Shown here piece after piece: positions 57,666-64,000 of a stretch of DNA of 64,000 nucleotides. Within the stretch, counting starts at the first letter, position 1. Each line of letters begins with the position of its first letter. Position numbers and translations under genes: made by a program. The DNA comes from Dehalococcoidia bacterium. GTDB lineage: Bacteria; Chloroflexota; Dehalococcoidia; Plut-88900. Where the stretch lies: assembly GCA_965197645.1 (NCBI GenBank), contig OZ240219.1:1824001-1888000 (forward strand), read 5' to 3'. Below the pieces are notes generated by a model. The model made no database searches and was not told the DNA's origin. It worked only from the letters and a program-made list of their open reading frames with translations.

Positions 57666-60600
57666 CTACACCGACACCACTGTGTCCACATCCCCGGCGG
57701 CCAAGGCGTTCATATAGGCGAGAATGAGGGCCCGTGTGCGATAGGAGCCGAATTGAGCCTCGTCTTGCTGTCGGACAATAGGGAAGGTGTCGAGCACGTA
57801 GCCCGCGTCCTCTCTGGATAGCCCGTAGAGATGGAAGTAGAGGGCGTCGAGCCGCGCCCGCAGGTGGCGGCGCTCCTCCTCATCCCAGGTGAACGGCGGG
57901 CCGTCATAGCCGAGGTCACGGGCGAATGGGGCCATGTCGTGCGCCGTGTAGGTGAGCCGAAGCACATGGTCCCGGACGAGGTCGCGGGCCGTGTTGTCAC
58001 CGAACCGCTGATCGTAGTCGTCGGGTGCGATGATCGGGAGCTGTTCGACGATGTACCAGTTGAGATTGGCACCCTGAATCTTCTGTCGTGCGACGAAGTC
58101 CAAGCAGATGGAGTTCAGGTTCGCTACAAGGGAAGCAGCGACTATGCCGTCGCTGCCGACGAAGAGGGGCACTTTGTTGCCATAACCGGCCCAAGGCACG
58201 ATGGAGGCGATCACTGTCCTCACGTCCGTGGGCCGGGCAATGTCTCGGAAGCCTAGCGCATAGCCACGGCTCTTGCTTAGAGCAGTCTCTACGTTGTCGG
58301 CTGGAACCCAATACTGCGTCTGCGGCAGGAAGCTGGGATCCGCGTGCTGCGTCTCAGTGACCTCTTCGCTGAGGTACGGGTTGTGAGTGTTCTCCGGGTT
58401 CACCCGAACGGAGCTCACCCGGTGGTCGAATTGGTGAATCATCCGGCCCTGATAGAGCGGCAGGTACATCTCCGCGCCCTTCTTCCAGCGATTGCCCTCT
58501 ACGGGGTAGAAACCCGCCGACTCCAACTGCGCGGCAGTTCGGAAAAGATGGGAATCGTTGGTCATGTCGAACATGCGCACGTACCGTACAGGCCATGCTT
58601 TGCGCTCCTCGCCCCTTGAGCGGTCGACGAGCACGGGATGCCGCTCGTAGATGCGCCGGGTGATCTCCGCGTCCCGCCGCGTACGAAATATGGGCGCGGT
58701 GCCGGTGTTGGGGTTCACCAGTACGAAGTCCGAGGGGGCCAGAGGGAAGCAGTGGCCAGGGTTGCTAATGGTCTCGGTATCGTGGAGGAAGAAGGCGCAC
58801 TCGGTCTCTTGGAACCGCCGCTCCGCGCCGCCGAGTACCAGGGCGCAGAACTTGAACCGCGAGTCCACGTCGGGGAAGAAGTGTGGCAGCCCCGTCCCAA
58901 GGCGGCGGTTCTCGAAGTCGAACAGGCCGGACACACGTCCGCTGGTAGAGACGGACTTGAAGAAGTCCGCCGCCGTCTTGTCGGCGTAGATGCCGGAGGG
59001 CGTGAGCAGTCCGACGATTCCGTCGGGCTTGACAAGCCCCATGGCGCGCTCCACGAACAACGAATAGAGGTTGATGTCGCCACCGCTCAGCAGGGGATAG
59101 TTCCCGGAAGCGCGAATCAACTCGCCCAGCTTATCTGCTCGCTCCTTCGCAGCGTCGAACTCGTCCGCCAGAGACGCTCCCTTGTCACGCAGTTGTTGAA
59201 TGCCGGTTTTACGTGCGGCCGCTGTCGGGGCCAGGGCCAGCTCCGGTGAACGAGTGGCGAACCACTCCACCTCTTGGAGTTTGATGCGGTCCCACGGCGG
59301 GTTGCCCATGACGGCGTCGAACCCGCCAACCGGTTGTTCTTGCTGCCACCGCTGCCAGACGCCGGGGAAGGCCGCCTCCCAATGCAGGAAGCCTTCGCGG
59401 TCCGCGACGTGCCGGGCATCGCTCCACAACTCTTTGAACCCTGCCCAGGAAGTGTCGCCGCCGGTCTCCCCTTCCCCAAAGACGTCAGGACCCCGCGCCA
59501 GGAGACTGTAAGCCTCATTGGGCCGACCGCCCAGGGTTTCAACCAGAGGAACCTCAAGCGCGGCGCGCGCTTTCCCCTTCATGTCCGAGGTCAGCCAGCG
59601 CAGGCCGCACAGAAAATCGAGCAGGCCTCGAAGGTCGGCCGTCGTGTCTTCGACTCCACGGAACAACTCGGCCGACTCCCGCACCTCCGCAACGTCCGCG
59701 TCCGACATCTCCTCTATGCGCTGCATCCCGGCGGCGGCGGCCTCCGCGCCGGCTATGGCGGAGCTTGCGAACAGCCCCCCAAGCCGGTTCAACTCCCTCG
59801 TGGCCTCCGGAACACGGAGCCCGACCAGGGAGTCGCCGCAGCGCAGATGGTGGTCTAGGAACGACAGCGGCGCCCCGACGGTGAAACTGTGCAACCACAG
59901 CGACACCTTCGCCAGCTCGACGGTCAGGGGGTTCTTGTCCACGCCGTAGATGCAGCGTTTCAGCACCATCCGCCGGATGATGGCCTGGTCGGTCAACTGG
60001 GTCTCGTCCATGACCCAATCCGACGCTTGGGCTCGCTGGAGGATGTCCCGCCGAATGGCCGCCACCCGCTCCACAAGAGGGGATGAGTACTCGCCGTCCA
60101 GCCAATCCGGCACCGCTGGGGCATACTCCGCTATCTCCGCAATGTAGTCCGATAGGAAGTCGACGGCGGTGACCAGGAAGTGACCGCTTCCCATGGCCGG
60201 GTCCAGCACCTTCAGGTTGAGCACGGCTTCGGCTGGGTCCAGCTCAAGCAACTCGGCATTTCGCACGGCGATGGGGCGGTGGTCGCCGCTCAACTCCTTC
60301 GACTTGTCCTCGAACACCTTCAAGCGTTCTTCGGCCAGCGGCTTCAGAGTCCGGTCGACGATCAGATCGACGAGCTCTTGAGGGGTGAAGAAGCTGCCGC
60401 TGTCCTTGCGGGCATAGCTGTTGGGACGCACGGCGATCCCGCCACTGCCGTCCCGGACAGGCTCACGTTCCAAGAGCCTCTCGTAGATTGATCCAAGCTG
60501 TTGGACGGACATGTCACGGTAGTTGACGAAGTGGCGTGTGCCCTCAGTTTCCGTGTGGCTCAGGTCGTAGATGATGTCGCCGACTATCTTGTCCGTAAGG

Positions 60601-61706
60601 CGGGCCGCCTTGAGCAATGGAGCAGCCTCGGATGCAAACAGGCCGCCGTTGTAGGGCGGCAGACCGATGGACTCGTCGCCCTCGTCGATTTGGCGGAACA
60701 GCGTCATCAGGTGGTCGTAGTAGCTGGAGGCGCTGGCAGAGAAGACGCCGCCGCCTTGCATCCTGTGCGCCACGTGGTCGCGGACCGGCTTCCGCAAACC
60801 GTAGTCTTCGTACCGCTGATCGTTCACAGGAAGCAGTCCCCGGTCCTCGGCGTAGAGCACGAAGAGCAGCCGGTAGAGAAGGATAAGGGCTGCGTGGCGG
60901 ACGCGTGACAGATCTTCGTCGGTGGCGTCGGCCAGGGCTTGGACCAGCTTGGGAAAGACCCTCTCGAATACAACGCTGGATAGGTCCTGCGCCACCTTCT
61001 CCTCGTACCGCCTCCCGCGAGCCAGCGCCGCTTCCAGGAAGCTGGTCGTGTCCCCCTGGTGCGGGGTGAAGGAGTCGCGACGGAACAGCAGGTAGAAGAG
61101 GCGGAGCCCGTCTTCGCCGCCGGACTCCAGCGTCTCTCCGAGGTCGGCCTCGAAGTAGCCTGTGGCGCGTGGGCGGGAGCGGTAGTCATAGAGACGCCAC
61201 AGGCCGCCGTTGGTCAGGAATCCCCACCGGATTCGGCTCTCCGACTCGATATCAGCCGTCGAGAGGTATCGGAGAATTTGGCCGTGGGGCGTCCTCGATT
61301 GGCGTCCTTTTTCCCTATCGCGGGCGTCAAGAGAGAGACCGAACCTCTTGCTCTCCTCCACCACGATGGCGTCCCTGAATCGTTCATCAGGGTTGGCCCT
61401 CCCGGCGGCGCGCTCCTTGGATACGGCATCGGTGAAGAGGAGATAGTCGGGTATGTCCTCGTTGCGGGTTGTTCCCTGCTGGGGAAGGTAGTCGGCCCAT
61501 CCCAGGAGTTTCAGGATCGGGCGAATCAGCTCTTGCTCGGTGACGGCCTCGTTGGGGCCTTCGGAGCTGCTCAGCGCACCGTAGCTTTGACGAACGCCAT
61601 GACGAAATGCGGCAAATGCCGTCGAGTCCGAGATGGACGTGCGCCACTCGGTGGTCGCCCTTATGCCTTCGGTCAGGAAGTAGTTGGTGAACAGATTGCC
61701 TGGCAT
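57666..61706 (-). CDS. Type IIG/IIL fused restriction-modification enzyme (Eco57I-like N6-adenine MTase with an N-terminal nuclease)
   Basis: PDY..EESK nuclease motif; QQLGSIYERLL, GSFFTP, VLDPAMGSGHFL, GNPPW; C-terminal TRD. Confidence 0.88.
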   Translation of the reverse strand: MPGNLFTNYFLTEGIRATTEWRTSISDSTAFAAFRHGVRQSYGALSSSEGPNEAVTEQELIRPILKLLGWADYLPQQGTTRNEDIPDYLLFTDAVSKERAAGRANPDERFRDAIVVEESKRFGLSLDARDREKGRQSRTPHGQILRYLSTADIESESRIRWGFLTNGGLWRLYDYRSRPRATGYFEADLGETLESGGEDGLRLFYLLFRRDSFTPHQGDTTSFLEAALARGRRYEEKVAQDLSSVVFERVFPKLVQALADATDEDLSRVRHAALILLYRLLFVLYAEDRGLLPVNDQRYEDYGLRKPVRDHVAHRMQGGGVFSASASSYYDHLMTLFRQIDEGDESIGLPPYNGGLFASEAAPLLKAARLTDKIVGDIIYDLSHTETEGTRHFVNYRDMSVQQLGSIYERLLEREPVRDGSGGIAVRPNSYARKDSGSFFTPQELVDLIVDRTLKPLAEERLKVFEDKSKELSGDHRPIAVRNAELLELDPAEAVLNLKVLDPAMGSGHFLVTAVDFLSDYIAEIAEYAPAVPDWLDGEYSSPLVERVAAIRRDILQRAQASDWVMDETQLTDQAIIRRMVLKRCIYGVDKNPLTVELAKVSLWLHSFTVGAPLSFLDHHLRCGDSLVGLRVPEATRELNRLGGLFASSAIAGAEAAAAGMQRIEEMSDADVAEVRESAELFRGVEDTTADLRGLLDFLCGLRWLTSDMKGKARAALEVPLVETLGGRPNEAYSLLARGPDVFGEGETGGDTSWAGFKELWSDARHVADREGFLHWEAAFPGVWQRWQQEQPVGGFDAVMGNPPWDRIKLQEVEWFATRSPELALAPTAAARKTGIQQLRDKGASLADEFDAAKERADKLGELIRASGNYPLLSGGDINLYSLFVERAMGLVKPDGIVGLLTPSGIYADKTAADFFKSVSTSGRVSGLFDFENRRLGTGLPHFFPDVDSRFKFCALVLGGAERRFQETECAFFLHDTETISNPGHCFPLAPSDFVLVNPNTGTAPIFRTRRDAEITRRIYERHPVLVDRSRGEERKAWPVRYVRMFDMTNDSHLFRTAAQLESAGFYPVEGNRWKKGAEMYLPLYQGRMIHQFDHRVSSVRVNPENTHNPYLSEEVTETQHADPSFLPQTQYWVPADNVETALSKSRGYALGFRDIARPTDVRTVIASIVPWAGYGNKVPLFVGSDGIVAASLVANLNSICLDFVARQKIQGANLNWYIVEQLPIIAPDDYDQRFGDNTARDLVRDHVLRLTYTAHDMAPFARDLGYDGPPFTWDEEERRHLRARLDALYFHLYGLSREDAGYVLDTFPIVRQQDEAQFGSYRTRALILAYMNALAAGDVDTVVSV

Positions 61707-61735
61707 GTCAGGCGTCAGCCCACGGTTTCATGACA

Positions 61736-62092
61736 TCACTCCAGTAGGACACTGATCTTCTCCAGCGCCTCCCCAACAACCTGCCGCGGGGCCTGGCTCT
61801 CGAAACGGGCGCGTCTCGCCCGCCAGTCCAGGCTCTTGACCTGGTCGGCCAGCACAACTCCCGAGACGCTGCTTGTCGCGGGGAGGAGTACTTCAAACGG
61901 GTATCCCTTGACTCTTGACGTGATCGGACAGAAGAGCGCTAGGCTGGTCTTCGCGTTGTAATCTTCCGGGCTCAGGGTCAGAGCAGGCCGGTGGCCAGCC
62001 TGTTCATGCCCAGCCTGTTCATGCCCAGCCTGGGGCGCAAAGCTGAGCCACACGATGTCTCCCCTTGCGGGAACATACTCCCGGTCTACCAT
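61736..62092 (-). CDS. mazF: MazF/PemK endoribonuclease toxin with an extra QAGHE repeat
   Basis: YVPARGDIVWL, EQAGHRPAL, CPITS, KGYPFEV, DQVKSLDW. Confidence 0.92.
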   Translation of the reverse strand: MVDREYVPARGDIVWLSFAPQAGHEQAGHEQAGHRPALTLSPEDYNAKTSLALFCPITSRVKGYPFEVLLPATSSVSGVVLADQVKSLDWRARRARFESQAPRQVVGEALEKISVLLE

Positions 62093-62325
62093 ATTTCGTT
62101 GCCCTGGGCCGGACCGGAGTCCTGCTCGGAATGAAGATTGTCATGGCTCATCTGGGCCAGCATGCCGGCCAGGTCATAGGACCTCTTGCGCATTACGACT
62201 TGGTCGCCCCGAGGAACAATCTCTATGGCTGACCCTTCCTGGACACCCCACTGCTCGGCGATGGGTTTGGGAATCCGGACGGCCAAGCTCGTGCCCCACT
62301 TGGAGACATGCGACTTTGCACCCAT
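62086..62325 (-). CDS. mazE: MazE/AbrB-type antitoxin
   Basis: AGGAGG RBS; VSKWGTSLAVRIPK..GPAQGNEIW; overlaps the mazF start. Confidence 0.9.
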   Translation of the reverse strand: MGAKSHVSKWGTSLAVRIPKPIAEQWGVQEGSAIEIVPRGDQVVMRKRSYDLAGMLAQMSHDNLHSEQDSGPAQGNEIW

Positions 62326-62340
62326 ATGAGCACCTCCTCT

Positions 62341-62378
62341 AATATACATATTATATATCATGGTCGAGTGTCCATGCC
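62341..62378 (-). promoter_or_regulatory. mazEF promoter/operator
   Basis: TATAAT within the AT-rich imperfect palindrome ATATATAATATGTATAT. Confidence 0.55.
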
Positions 62379-62449
62379 AGACCGCAATCCGCCAAATCCT
62401 TGGATGCTGCCGGATATTGAGCGATAGAGAGAGTAGCACTGCTTCTGGT

Positions 62450-62601
62450 CCAACGCTTCGCGCCGTCTCAGGCCTGGACGTCCAGATACGTTTGAGGACT
62501 TCCAGTACGGCGGCCCGGTTATGCGACGCTTTCTCGCGAGCTCTGGCTAGTCTTACCGATGGATATCCCCCCAGCCCGATATCGCGACGGCGTCCGTCGA
62601 T
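62450..62601 (-). pseudogene. Internally deleted P4-type (Arm-DNA-binding) integrase remnant
   Basis: GRRRDIGLGGYPSVRLARAREKA joined directly to VLEVLKRIWTSRPETA; no catalytic domain; adjacent to the tRNA 3' end. Confidence 0.7.
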
Positions 62602-62644
62602 GGCATTAGGCAATGAGCCGTAGATATGAGATCGGAAGGGTAGT

Positions 62645-62735
<91 letters not shown>

Positions 62736-62927
62736 CCGATGTGGCTTCTCCCAATACTATAGGATACGGCACACGCCTTCGGCAATCGTAGCGGGGTGCT
62801 GAGACAGGCTCGGTACTCGCCCCATCCCATGCCGGTTTTCCCTCCCACTCACCGCGGATTGCATCCACACACTCCCACCCCTCGGAGTTCGTATCATGCG
62901 GGGCACTTTGGGACAGGTTCGGGAGGG

Positions 62928-63878
62928 CTACTTCTCCGGTTCCTCGTCCTCCTGTACGGGCGGCGCCTGAGTAATCTTCACCTTTCTTACCCGGCGTCCC
63001 GTTGTGGACAGCACGGATATGCGGAACCCGTCTTCCTGAATCTCGTCACCCGGGTTCGGGATCTTTCCAAGACGGGCCAGTATGAACCCGCCGATGGTAT
63101 CGAAGTCCTGGCCCTCTATCCCTAGGGAAAACCTATCGTTCAGCTGATCTACCCCCACGCTCCCGTCCATGACCACCTCGGTGGGGCTGACCGTCTCTAT
63201 CTGGGTACGGCCCACGTCGAACTCGTCCTCGATCTCCCCAACTATCTCTTCCATCAGGTCCTCGAGGCTGACCAACCCCGCAACGCCGCCGTACTCATCT
63301 ACGACCACGGCCATGTGCACTCGTCTCACTCGAAACTCCTGGAGAAGCTCGTCTATCCGCTTCGTCTCAGGTATGAAATGGGTTTCCCTGGCCAGCTCCC
63401 GAAGCTCCACCTGGGGGCTTCTTTCGCCCCACAGCCGCAACAGGTCCTTGGCATAGATGACCCCGATAATGTTGTCTATGGTCTCCTCGTAGATCGGGAT
63501 GCGACTGAATCCGTGAGTAATGATTGTTCGGACCACGTCCGATAGTGGACTGGCAGCATCGATGGCGATGATATCGGTGCGGGGTACCATGATCTCCCTG
63601 GCGACGGTCTCGTCCAGCCTGGTGATGGACCGGACCATCTGGCTCTCCTCCTCTTCCAGGACCTCCTGTACCCCCTCGGCGTGGACCAGTATGGTGGACT
63701 GGCCGTTGGACGGCTGCGGTTTCCGCCTGAAGATCAAAGCTACCAGCTTGGCCCGGAAACCCCTGGCTTGTACAGAGCCGTTTGGTTTCGGAGGTTCAAG
63801 CCCCTCTTCGGGTTCCGAAGTAGATTCATGGCTCCCGAAACGTAGAAATCTGGTTACCGGTCCGAAAGTCAACTTCAT
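62928..63878 (-). CDS. HlyC/CorC-family CBS-domain protein
   Basis: [54 protein letters not shown]. Confidence 0.9.
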   Translation of the reverse strand: MKLTFGPVTRFLRFGSHESTSEPEEGLEPPKPNGSVQARGFRAKLVALIFRRKPQPSNGQSTILVHAEGVQEVLEEEESQMVRSITRLDETVAREIMVPRTDIIAIDAASPLSDVVRTIITHGFSRIPIYEETIDNIIGVIYAKDLLRLWGERSPQVELRELARETHFIPETKRIDELLQEFRVRRVHMAVVVDEYGGVAGLVSLEDLMEEIVGEIEDEFDVGRTQIETVSPTEVVMDGSVGVDQLNDRFSLGIEGQDFDTIGGFILARLGKIPNPGDEIQEDGFRISVLSTTGRRVRKVKITQAPPVQEDEEPEK

Positions 63879-64000
63879 GTTATCGTCTGATGTTCCTCTT
63901 CCCGGGAGTGTCCGTCTAGCTTCTTCATAACTCTTGCCGGCACCCCTGCGACCTGAGTGTCGGGTGGAACGTCGTGGGTGACTACGGCCCCTGCTCCGGT

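Overview
GC-rich bacterial chromosomal window. The gene content (LLM monooxygenase, several amidohydrolases, fused CaiB/BaiF, fused ABC permeases, Pro/Thr-rich lipoproteins, MftG-like GMC oxidoreductase) suggests a SAR202/Dehalococcoidia-type Chloroflexota; this is inference only. The left 38 kb is catabolic and housekeeping: a PotBC-PotBC quadruple permease with a PotD-like lipoprotein, acs, the glyoxylate shunt aceBA with a divergent LysR, hydantoinase/oxoprolinase A/B and others. The right part is a ~23 kb decayed genomic island integrated at tRNA-Ser(CGA), with an exact 21-bp att repeat at 39650-39670 and 62645-62665 and a degenerate older copy at 38140-38164. It carries a catabolic/betaine-type transport module, a Zn-ribbon DEAD-box helicase, a type IIG R-M enzyme, mazEF and many gene scars. 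The two least explained signals are non-coding: a ~320-nt multi-helix RNA candidate at ~1020-1340 that I cannot assign to a family, and a self-contained promoter-sORF-sORF-terminator unit at 17342-17672. All structure and homology calls were made by eye; no database searches were run.
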